From the NCBI GenBank assembly GCA_018816805.1, contig JAHIVE010000005.1:39102-103101 (forward strand): a stretch of 64,000 nucleotides of DNA. The letters run 5' to 3'. Origin of the DNA: Patescibacteria group bacterium. GTDB lineage: Bacteria > Patescibacteriota > Gracilibacteria > UBA1369 > 2-02-FULL-48-14. Of this stretch, positions 1 to 7,799 are shown one piece after another (the stretch's first letter is position 1; each line of letters opens with the position of its first letter). Made by a program: the position numbers and the translations under genes. The notes under the pieces are model-generated. The model had not been told where the DNA came from. It worked only from the letters and a program-made list of their open reading frames with translations, and did no database searches.

Positions 1-1235
1 ATTTCATCAACACTCTCGGCTTCAAAAGTATGGTCTTCCAAAAATATCTTAGCCTGTTCATACATATTTTCTTGAATTGTCTCAAGCAAATCTGGAATTT
101 CACTTCCAAGCGAAGCAACAGGAATTGCCATTTTTTCATTTGTATCACGTCTTGCAACAAAAACTTGAGCGTCTTTTAAGTCTCGAGGCCCCATTTCAAT
201 TCGAACAGGCACACCCTTAACCTCCCACTCATTAAATTTAAAGCCAGGACTTAAATTTTCTCTATCATCAAAATAAACTCTCACCCCTTGGTCTGTGAGT
301 TTATTATTAATGGAAGAAAGCTCAATAAAAACTTGCTGCTTTTCTTCATCCGTTTTCCAAATTGGGACCAAAACAACCTGATAAGGCGCAACACGAGGTG
401 GTAAACGAAGACCCTTTTCATCTCCATGACACACAATTATTGTTCCAATCAACCTTGTAGACACACCCCAAGAAGTCTGCCATCCATACTTAATTTCACC
501 ATCTTGATCTTGAAATTGAATTTCAAAAGCCTTAGCAAAAGTCTGTCCCAAAAGATGAGAAGTGCCAGCTTGAATTGCTTTACCGTCACGAGCAAGCGCT
601 TCTGTGCTTAAAGTGTAATCAGCTCCAGCAAAAGTTTCCTTCTCTGATTTTTTCCCCGTTAGAATTGGTAATGCCAAAAAATCTCTGTCAAAATCTTCAT
701 ACATTTTAAGTGCTCTGTGTGCCTCTGTTTCAGCTTCTTCTTTTGTAGCATGTACCGTGTGGCCCTCTTGCCATAAAAATTCTGTTGTTCGCAAAAAAGG
801 ACGCGTTCTCATTTCCCACCTAACAATATTGGCCCACTGATTAACAAGTAAAGGCAAATCTCTATAACTCTGAATCCAATCAGCAAAAGTGTCATACATA
901 ATTGTTTCAGAAGTTGGCCTAACAACCAAGGGCTCAGCAAGCTTCTTGCCACCGCCATGAGTCACAATTGCACATTCCGGTGCAAAACCTTCAACATGGT
1001 CTTTTTCTTTAGTCAAAAAACTTTCCGGTATAAACAAAGGGAAGTACACATTTTGAACACCGGCTTCTTTTATGCGTGAATCCAGGTCACGCTGAATTAA
1101 TTCCCATATCCTATAACCGTACGGCTTAATGACCATACAGCCTTTAACCTTACTGTAATCAGCAAGATCCGCTACCTGAACAACATCCAGATACCATTGA
1201 GAGAAATTTTGTGATTGAGGGGTAATTTTTGACAT
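1..1235 (-). CDS. proS: prolyl-tRNA synthetase (class II), C-terminal end cut by window edge
   Basis: Absent from the ORF track because it runs off the window. My minus-strand translation from ATG 1235-1233 reads MSKITPQSQNFSQWYLDVVQVADLADYSKVKG... and later ...NQWANIVRWEMRTRPFLRTTEFLWQEGH, a typical ProRS N-terminus and core. The frame stays open to nt 1. Confidence 0.85.
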   Translation of the reverse strand, partial: MSKITPQSQNFSQWYLDVVQVADLADYSKVKGCMVIKPYGYRIWELIQRDLDSRIKEAGVQNVYFPLFIPESFLTKEKDHVEGFAPECAIVTHGGGKKLAEPLVVRPTSETIMYDTFADWIQSYRDLPLLVNQWANIVRWEMRTRPFLRTTEFLWQEGHTVHATKEEAETEAHRALKMYEDFDRDFLALPILTGKKSEKETFAGADYTLSTEALARDGKAIQAGTSHLLGQTFAKAFEIQFQDQDGEIKYGWQTSWGVSTRLIGTIIVCHGDEKGLRLPPRVAPYQVVLVPIWKTDEEKQQVFIELSSINNKLTDQGVRVYFDDRENLSPGFKFNEWEVKGVPVRIEMGPRDLKDAQVFVARRDTNEKMAIPVASLGSEIPDLLETIQENMYEQAKIFLEDHTFEAESVDE

Positions 1236-1260
1236 CAATTGCTATAAAAGTACCGGAAGT

Positions 1261-3015
1261 TTACTGTAAGTCTGTTTCAAGTTCAACAACTGAACCTTTT
1301 GACAAAGATTTAATACGAATATTTTCCTGTAAAGTTGGAATTGTTGGAGACCAAACAGGCCATATCTTTATTTCAACTTTATTTACTTCAGGCAAACTCT
1401 GCACATAACTTTCTGCATCTTCAATAGATTTTCCTGCAATATGTTCTTTAATTTTTTTTGCTAATTTTGATCCGCCCTCAAGTTCAGGATCAATTTCATA
1501 CTCCTCAATACCTTGAAGTGTAGCTGTAAATTTATATGTCCGCGCACTATTGTCGGCCTGAAAAACATTAATGCTCACACTATCCTCATCAATTCTAACA
1601 AGTTGTTTGCCGGGAGTAATACTATTCACAAGCTCAGACCCCAAAATCTTCAAAAGCGCATCTTGATCATAGGCAATGCCGGTTATATTGATTTTTCCAC
1701 TCACTTCAAAACTATCTTCTGCTTTGCCAATCTCAGAGTAAGGAAGGTCAATTTTTGCGGTTCCATATTGAATCACGTCAGAATCTTCCAAAAGCGCTAA
1801 ATTAACATTTTCCTTATTCCCAACTGACAAAACCTCTTTTCTCAATGCGGAGAGTGCTTTCTCTTTCAATTCAGTTTCAAGTTTATCTCTTGCAGCCAAA
1901 AGATCTTCCTCCAAAACAATTGCTCTCACATCAGAAGTACCACCAGTAAAATTCTCATAACTTTCCGCATATAAAACTTCTCGGTTACTATCCCTGAGTC
2001 CGGGCAAGAAAAAGGTTGAAGGTCCAATATTTCCTCTAGCTCCAATTGCAACTCCATTTTCATCAACATTATCAGCAACAACATGTACTACCAAAGTACC
2101 CGGAGTGTCACCTGACGCACGCGGCACCGTTACTCCGCTTTGAATTCTAAAAACCAATCCATCATCAGTTTGAAAACGAGTTTTGGCAATCAAAGGCCAA
2201 TCTTGGTTGCTCTTATTAATAACAGTAATATCACCACCAGCTACAGTTCCTTCACTCAGTACACCACTCGCATTATGTGAAATAGTAAGTTCAACTGAAG
2301 CAGTAACCGGATATGACTTCAAAGTCTTTGGTTCACTCGGATTTGGGACAAGATCAATATTCACAGCCTTAGACACCACATTTGACGCTGGTTCAATACT
2401 TAAAGTGGCTCCGGGCAAAGCCACATAAGCAATAACTGCAAAAATAGCAATACTTACTACTAAAAGACCACCAATAAAACGCTTTGTTCCACCGGGTAAT
2501 GTAATTTGAAAAGGTTCGCTTGGTAACTTATTTTTTGAGCCCCCTTTCATGTAAGACTTCAAAGAAAACCCTTTCTCGGAAGTTCTATTTTTTCGAACAA
2601 TATCAAAAATTGATGCCTTCTTTTTTGGAAGCCTTGAAGGTAAATCATCAGCAATTTCATTAGAAGTTGCCGCAATAGGCTTAAGAAGGGCACTCTCAAC
2701 CTCTTTTTTTGCTTCTTCTGAAACCTCTTCACCCAAATTCCAGTGATCAAAAACCTTAACTTCGGCCTGATGAGCCAATTTCATACCGTTTGTATCATCC
2801 GTAATCAGCGCAAGTTCCTTCCCAACTTCATCCAGTTTCTGCTTCAAAATTTTCAAATTCACTACACTCTGAAGCAAAACCGCTCGCCTGGGTACAACCA
2901 GATAAATATCTTTATAGGGAAGCTTTTCAATCCTTTCAAAAAGCGAAGTGATCTCTTCATCCAATTGGACAAAAATAATTTTCTTTTTTGATACTTTTTT
3001 TGGATTATTATCCAT
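1261..3015 (-). CDS. hypothetical single-pass membrane protein (cytoplasmic N-domain, one TM, large ectodomain)
   Basis: 584-aa ORF with one hydrophobic span (FIGGLLVVSIAIFAVIAYVAL, about aa 190-210) and no motif I recognise. It sits 9 nt downstream of the ftsA-like gene and 25 nt upstream of proS on the same strand. Confidence 0.6.
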   Translation of the reverse strand: MDNNPKKVSKKKIIFVQLDEEITSLFERIEKLPYKDIYLVVPRRAVLLQSVVNLKILKQKLDEVGKELALITDDTNGMKLAHQAEVKVFDHWNLGEEVSEEAKKEVESALLKPIAATSNEIADDLPSRLPKKKASIFDIVRKNRTSEKGFSLKSYMKGGSKNKLPSEPFQITLPGGTKRFIGGLLVVSIAIFAVIAYVALPGATLSIEPASNVVSKAVNIDLVPNPSEPKTLKSYPVTASVELTISHNASGVLSEGTVAGGDITVINKSNQDWPLIAKTRFQTDDGLVFRIQSGVTVPRASGDTPGTLVVHVVADNVDENGVAIGARGNIGPSTFFLPGLRDSNREVLYAESYENFTGGTSDVRAIVLEEDLLAARDKLETELKEKALSALRKEVLSVGNKENVNLALLEDSDVIQYGTAKIDLPYSEIGKAEDSFEVSGKINITGIAYDQDALLKILGSELVNSITPGKQLVRIDEDSVSINVFQADNSARTYKFTATLQGIEEYEIDPELEGGSKLAKKIKEHIAGKSIEDAESYVQSLPEVNKVEIKIWPVWSPTIPTLQENIRIKSLSKGSVVELETDLQ

Positions 3016-3024
3016 GCGTGGAGT

Positions 3025-4278
3025 TTAAACTTGCATGAGTCGAACTACTTTTTGTAGCATTTTAGTTAAACTTTTCTCTTCCGCCAGAATTTCCATTCCA
3101 ACATTGGCAAGCGCCATAGGCGTGATGTCGGCGGGAGATTTCAAACGATTCGTATGATCCTTAATGTGTGAAATTTGCTTGGGCAGCAAATATTTTACTT
3201 GAGGTTTTCTAGGGAAGGGAAGTCTTTTAGCCCAATCACCCAGCTCAAGTCCCTCTTTTAACATTGGAAGCATTGAACCGCCTCCACAAAGATATAAGGT
3301 TGGCGGCAAGGAATCAATCTCAAAAAATTCCTGCAGCGTTAAATACACACCGGAAAGCCAAACTTTAGCGTCGCTCTCCAGTGCCTTACCAACAATTTTA
3401 AACGACTGATGCTCCAATTGCTTGTTAGAAAACGCAGTTTTAACTTCCTCCGCCTCATCTTGCGAAATATTTAATTCATGAGCAAGCCTCTTAGTAAAAG
3501 CGCGACCACCAATTGTAAACATTTTCGTTCCCACCGTGCTTCCATCCTGCACCACAATAATATCCGTCGTCCCGCCCCCAATATCCAAAAAAATCCCACT
3601 ATACCCTTGCAGCTCCGTTCCGCCCAAAAGTCGACCGACCGCATAGGGTTCAGCCATTATAGCCATAAGTTCACGGTCAAGTTCCGCAGAAATTGTCTGC
3701 AGCGCCCCGAAGTGCACCAAAGGCGAAAAAGCGTTAAAAACACTCATGGTTATCTCACGCCCCTGAAAACCAATCGGATTCGAAACCTTATACCCGTCAA
3801 TTTTAATGTCCACAATCGCCGCATGAATAAGCTTCACATCAATCTCATTAAAACCCGTTTCATAAGCCAAATCCCCCCGAACTTTCTCAAAAGCCTTCCA
3901 CTGCACCTTATGAATAATATTTTTAAGCTCCTCTTGATGCACCTTGCTCGAAGGATCTCGCCTTTTGTAACTGATCATCGAAGTCGCACCTTTAACAATT
4001 TCCCCGCTCACTCCCAAAACAATTTGATTCGGTCCTGTTCCAGCCATCCTTTCCGCCTCTTTCAAAGCCTGATCAGATTTTTCAATCACACCGGCAATAT
4101 CCGTAATAGTCCCACTTTCCATCTCCCCGCGATTCTGCCGAACACGAGCATATCCCAGAACTTTTAAATCCTGTCCTTCAACCTCACACGTCAGCGCCTT
4201 TACAAACTCCGTCCCAATATCCAGGACCGAAAATGCGCGATCGCGTTTTAAAACCGTCGATTTGTTTCTTCCGAACAT
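3025..4278 (-). CDS. ftsA: cell division protein FtsA-like actin-fold ATPase
   Basis: 417 aa with actin/HSP70-fold phosphate motifs (VLDIGTEFVK; FLDIGGGTTDIIVV). The C-terminal amphipathic helix LTKMLQKVVRLMQV resembles the FtsA membrane-targeting helix. A PilM-like identity is not fully excluded. Confidence 0.75.
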   Translation of the reverse strand: MFGRNKSTVLKRDRAFSVLDIGTEFVKALTCEVEGQDLKVLGYARVRQNRGEMESGTITDIAGVIEKSDQALKEAERMAGTGPNQIVLGVSGEIVKGATSMISYKRRDPSSKVHQEELKNIIHKVQWKAFEKVRGDLAYETGFNEIDVKLIHAAIVDIKIDGYKVSNPIGFQGREITMSVFNAFSPLVHFGALQTISAELDRELMAIMAEPYAVGRLLGGTELQGYSGIFLDIGGGTTDIIVVQDGSTVGTKMFTIGGRAFTKRLAHELNISQDEAEEVKTAFSNKQLEHQSFKIVGKALESDAKVWLSGVYLTLQEFFEIDSLPPTLYLCGGGSMLPMLKEGLELGDWAKRLPFPRKPQVKYLLPKQISHIKDHTNRLKSPADITPMALANVGMEILAEEKSLTKMLQKVVRLMQV

Positions 4279-4336
4279 GACCGCATTCTAGCTGATCTGT
4301 CCAGGGAGGGGAAGGGGATTTAAGCTAAATCGCAAC

Positions 4337-4365
4337 TTGAAAAAAAAGGAGCAAAAGAGGATAAT
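4337..4365 (+). promoter_or_regulatory. sigma70-like promoter candidate
   Basis: TTGAAA (4337-4342), 17 nt, GATAAT (4360-4365), 25 nt upstream of ATG 4391. Pattern match only. Confidence 0.4.
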
Positions 4366-4390
4366 AAATCCACATAACCGCAAACTTAAA

Positions 4391-5068
4391 ATGGACATTT
4401 TAGATACCATCGCACCGGCTCAAAGAAAAGCCACCAGCACTTTTTACAGCAAAGTGATCTCGCTTTTCGGGCTATCAATCCTTTCAACAGGACTTGGAGT
4501 TTATTTGGGCTTCCACTTCCTTCTTGTAGCTTTCATACAAAATCCAATATTAATGTACGCAATTTTTGGAGCGGAACTCATTTTAATTTTCACATCCGGT
4601 AAATGGAGCAAAACTGTTCCCTTGAATTACGGACTCTTTGTACTTTTCACAATGTTAAGTGGAATTACAATTGTCCCTCTTATAGCCAGCTTTGCTGCTG
4701 AATTTGGTGGATACGCAATAATTTACCGTGCACTTTTCTCAACCACCGTAGTTTTTGCGGGAATGGGAATTTTGGGTTGGACTACAAGAAAATCTCTAAT
4801 TGGTTTAAGCGGCTTTCTGATGGCAGGCCTTCTTACACTTCTAGTTGTCGGAATTTTGGGAATATTCATTCCATGGGGGAACCAAATGGAAATTATCTAT
4901 TCCGGCGCTGGCGTTTTGGTTTTCGCACTTTTTGCAATGGTAGACATGAATCGCCTTAAATATTACCACGAAGACCAGTACATAATGGCCGCAATCCAAC
5001 TATATTTGGACATTTTCAACCTGTTTGTTTTCATTTTACGACTAACCGGAGCACTTGGACGGGATTAA
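4391..5068 (+). CDS. Bax inhibitor-1/YccA family membrane protein
   Basis: Multi-TM ORF with the family-typical C-terminus (YIMAAIQLYLDIFNLFVFILRL). The ORF-track start at 4337 is a TTG that coincides with the candidate -35 box, so ATG 4391 (MDILDT...) is preferred. Confidence 0.8.
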   Translation: MDILDTIAPAQRKATSTFYSKVISLFGLSILSTGLGVYLGFHFLLVAFIQNPILMYAIFGAELILIFTSGKWSKTVPLNYGLFVLFTMLSGITIVPLIASFAAEFGGYAIIYRALFSTTVVFAGMGILGWTTRKSLIGLSGFLMAGLLTLLVVGILGIFIPWGNQMEIIYSGAGVLVFALFAMVDMNRLKYYHEDQYIMAAIQLYLDIFNLFVFILRLTGALGRD

Positions 5069-5483
5069 AGACATTCGCATACTTTTTAAAAGCCCAAACG
5101 CGACCGAAGAGTCTTTTGAACTGAAAAATGCCAGAGGTCGACTCATTAGAGTTGAAGAAGGTATTATAGCCATTTTTGACGAAATCACCACAACTCAGAC
5201 TGCCGACTGCGTTCGATGCGGCAAACCGCTAACTCGAAAAATTAAATTCAAACCCGGCGAATGGCTTTTTTATGACAAAAAACCACGCAATTATGACGAC
5301 GCCAATGAACTTCTCCGCATTGATATTAATCGCTTTCAAATTGACCTTGGAGAGCCAATCCGCCAAGAAATTGAAATGCATATAAATCCTTACCCGCACT
5401 GCAAAAAGGAATGTAAAAAATACCCACCCGCAGAAAAAGAAGGAGTTAAAGCGCTCTCAGGTCTAAAAGACTTATTAAAATGA
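5055..5483 (+). CDS. DUF177 (YceD-like) protein
   Basis: 142 aa with a CxRC motif (CVRCGKPL) and a C-terminal ...ALSGLKDLLK typical of DUF177. This family commonly precedes rpmF. The start is a TTG and is uncertain. Confidence 0.55.
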   Translation: MDGIKDIRILFKSPNATEESFELKNARGRLIRVEEGIIAIFDEITTTQTADCVRCGKPLTRKIKFKPGEWLFYDKKPRNYDDANELLRIDINRFQIDLGEPIRQEIEMHINPYPHCKKECKKYPPAEKEGVKALSGLKDLLK

Positions 5484-6175
5484 TCCAAGAACTCAAAAAA
5501 GACATAGAAAAACTAGCCGACCCGGTCCGTGCCGGTCACAGCGCCAGATTTTTCAAAACCGGACCCGGGCAGTACGGGGAAGGGGACAAATTCGTCGGAC
5601 TAAAAGTGCCTGAGCAACGCATCCTAGCAAAAAAATACCGCAATCTCCAGCTCCCCGACCTAAAAAAACTCATTAACTCGTCCGTTCATGAACAACGTTT
5701 AACAGCCGTCTTCATATTGGTAGACCGCTACAAAAAATCCAAAAATAAGCAACTTGAAGTGGAATTCTACCTTGAAAACCTCGCCGGAATCAACAATTGG
5801 GACTTAGTTGACTCTTCCGCCCACAAAATCCTCGGCGACTTTTTACTAGATAAGGACCGAGATATCCTCTACCGCCTCGCAAAATCAAATAATCTTTGGC
5901 AAAAAAGAATCGCAATGATCTCAACTTTTGCTTTCATCCCCAAAAAAGACTTCAAAGACGCGCTAAAAATAGCTGAAATACTCCTCCATGATGACCACGA
6001 CCTCATCCACAAAGCTGTAGGTTGGACACTTCGTGAAGTTGGCAACCGCGATAGGGCTGCAGAAGAAGAATTTCTAAAAAAACATTATAAAAGCATGCCA
6101 CGCACCGCTCTTCGCTACGCAATTGAAAAATTTCCGGAGGAACTTAGGCAAAAATATTTAAAAGGAGAGGCTTAA
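5480..6175 (+). CDS. DNA alkylation repair protein (AlkD-like HEAT-repeat family)
   Basis: 231 aa with RFFKTGPGQYGEGDKFVGLKVPEQR, NNWDLVDSSA, HKAVGWTLREVG and MPRTALRYAIEKF, all typical of this family. ATGA start/stop overlap with the upstream ORF. Confidence 0.85.
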   Translation: MIQELKKDIEKLADPVRAGHSARFFKTGPGQYGEGDKFVGLKVPEQRILAKKYRNLQLPDLKKLINSSVHEQRLTAVFILVDRYKKSKNKQLEVEFYLENLAGINNWDLVDSSAHKILGDFLLDKDRDILYRLAKSNNLWQKRIAMISTFAFIPKKDFKDALKIAEILLHDDHDLIHKAVGWTLREVGNRDRAAEEEFLKKHYKSMPRTALRYAIEKFPEELRQKYLKGEA

Positions 6176-6278
6176 ACGTAATAATTCTTCTTTAAACCCG
6201 TAAGCAGGACTGAAAAAAGATAGAAAAAGCAATAACCCTCTCTTTATAGCCAATGGGTTTAAAGAAGAAATATTACGT
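6176..6278. repeat. 103-bp element with 24-bp terminal inverted repeats (23/24 complementary) around a 55-nt core
   Basis: Arms are ACGTAATAATTCTTCTTTAAACCC (6176-6199) and GGGTTTAAAGAAGAAATATTACGT (6255-6278), followed by TTTTT. It starts immediately after the alkD-like stop codon. Confidence 0.8.
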
Positions 6279-6285
6279 TTTTCTC

Positions 6286-6313
6286 TTGCAATTCCACTGA
6301 AATCCAGTAAAAT
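6286..6313 (+). promoter_or_regulatory. sigma70-like promoter candidate for rpmF-nusB-rnc
   Basis: TTGCAA (6286-6291), 16 nt, TAAAAT (6308-6313), 34 nt upstream of the rpmF ATG. Confidence 0.5.
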
Positions 6314-6347
6314 TCGCAAGCAAACAAGCAAAAATTAAGCAAATAAA

Positions 6348-6590
6348 ATGGCTAAACATCCAGTACCAAAGAAGAAAACGTCCAAGGCTAGAGGCTCCAG
6401 ACGTTACAAATCTTTCCAGAATAAGGCCAGAGTAAGACTATCTGAAGCCGTACAACTGGGGACATGCTCAAAATGTGGGGCAGTAACTCTCATTCACCAC
6501 GTATGCCCGGATTGTGGATTTTACAGAGGTAAAGACGTTTTAGGTAAAGCCCAAAAAGCCGAAGAAAAGATAACTAAGATCCAAGCTTAA
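6348..6590 (+). CDS. rpmF: 50S ribosomal protein L32
   Basis: MAKHPVPKKKTSKARGSRR... N-terminus plus a CxxC...CxxC zinc knuckle (CSKCG...CPDCG). Confidence 0.9.
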   Translation: MAKHPVPKKKTSKARGSRRYKSFQNKARVRLSEAVQLGTCSKCGAVTLIHHVCPDCGFYRGKDVLGKAQKAEEKITKIQA

Positions 6591-6592
6591 TC

Positions 6593-7006
6593 ATGGCACA
6601 AGATCGCCATACTCTCCGCCAAATAGTAGTACAAACTATTTTTGCGTGGGAATTTCATGATGGTGACCCGGTGCAAATTCTTTCATACAATCTGGTAAAC
6701 GGCGCTCCGAGCGTTACAGACAACACTTTCGGATACCGCCTTTTGGACCTCGTTATGAAAAATCGAAAAAAAATCAAAGAAAAAATAGCCAAACACGCCC
6801 CCGAGTGGCCGTTTGAAAAAATTGCACCAATTGACCGCGCAATTTTAGAGCTTTCCGTAGCCGAACTTTTGTTCGACAAAGAAATCCCAGATCTGGTAGC
6901 AATCAATGAAGGCATAGAATTGGCAAAAGAATTTGGTACAGAATCCTCTCCCAAATTTGTAAATGGCGTGCTAAGCTCGATTTATGAAAAAGTTAAACCA
7001 GCTTGA
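6593..7006 (+). CDS. nusB: transcription antitermination factor NusB
   Basis: 137 aa with RAILELSVAELLF and INEGIELAKEFGTESSPKFVNGVL, both typical of NusB. Confidence 0.85.
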   Translation: MAQDRHTLRQIVVQTIFAWEFHDGDPVQILSYNLVNGAPSVTDNTFGYRLLDLVMKNRKKIKEKIAKHAPEWPFEKIAPIDRAILELSVAELLFDKEIPDLVAINEGIELAKEFGTESSPKFVNGVLSSIYEKVKPA

Positions 7007-7673
7007 AGAACAAATCGGCATAACTTTCACCGACAAATCTTTATTAGAACTGGCTTTTGTGCACAAATCATACGTGAACGAGGCGGAAGACCAAGAAAAA
7101 CACAATGAAAGAATGGAATTTTTAGGTGACGCAGTCCTTGAGCTTTGCGTCACAGATTACGTTTTCCGCACTTATCCAGATCAACCAGAGGGAGAACTGA
7201 CAAACTGGCGCTCTGCCCTTGTAAAAGGCAAAAACCTAGCAAAGGTTGCTCGTGAACTTCACCTGGGCGACTATCTCAAATTAAGCCGCGGTGAAGAACT
7301 GTCCGGTGGCCGAGACAAAACATACATCCTAGCAAACACAACTGAGGCACTAATTGGCGCAATTTACTTGGACAAAGGCTACGAAAAAGCAAATAAATTT
7401 GTCCTGAAATTCATAATCACCATGCTGGACGAAATCATCAAACAAAAACTCTACATAGACGCCAAATCCCGCATCCAAGAGCTGGCACAAGAAAAACTCT
7501 CCCTCACTCCCCGCTACGACCTCCTTAAAGAATCCGGCCCGGACCACGACAAAATCTTCACAATGGGCATCTACTTTGAAAAAGAATTAATAGCAAAAGG
7601 CACCGGCCCCTCCAAACAAGAAGCCGAACAAGCCGCAGCCCACAAAGCGTTGCAGGAAAAAGGCTGGCTTTGA
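6984..7673 (+). CDS. rnc: ribonuclease III
   Basis: RNase III signature NERMEFLGDAVLEL plus a C-terminal dsRBD (GPDHDKIFT...SKQEAEQAAA). Confidence 0.92.
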   Translation: MKKLNQLEEQIGITFTDKSLLELAFVHKSYVNEAEDQEKHNERMEFLGDAVLELCVTDYVFRTYPDQPEGELTNWRSALVKGKNLAKVARELHLGDYLKLSRGEELSGGRDKTYILANTTEALIGAIYLDKGYEKANKFVLKFIITMLDEIIKQKLYIDAKSRIQELAQEKLSLTPRYDLLKESGPDHDKIFTMGIYFEKELIAKGTGPSKQEAEQAAAHKALQEKGWL

Positions 7674-7799
7674 TATAATACCAGCAGTTCTCAAAGCCCC
7701 TGGTGCAACCTTGCTACCCCCAGTAGGCCAGACAAATAAATATTACAAAAACAATCTTAAATAATCCTGAAATATTTCTTAATTTTTCCTGAAATTATT

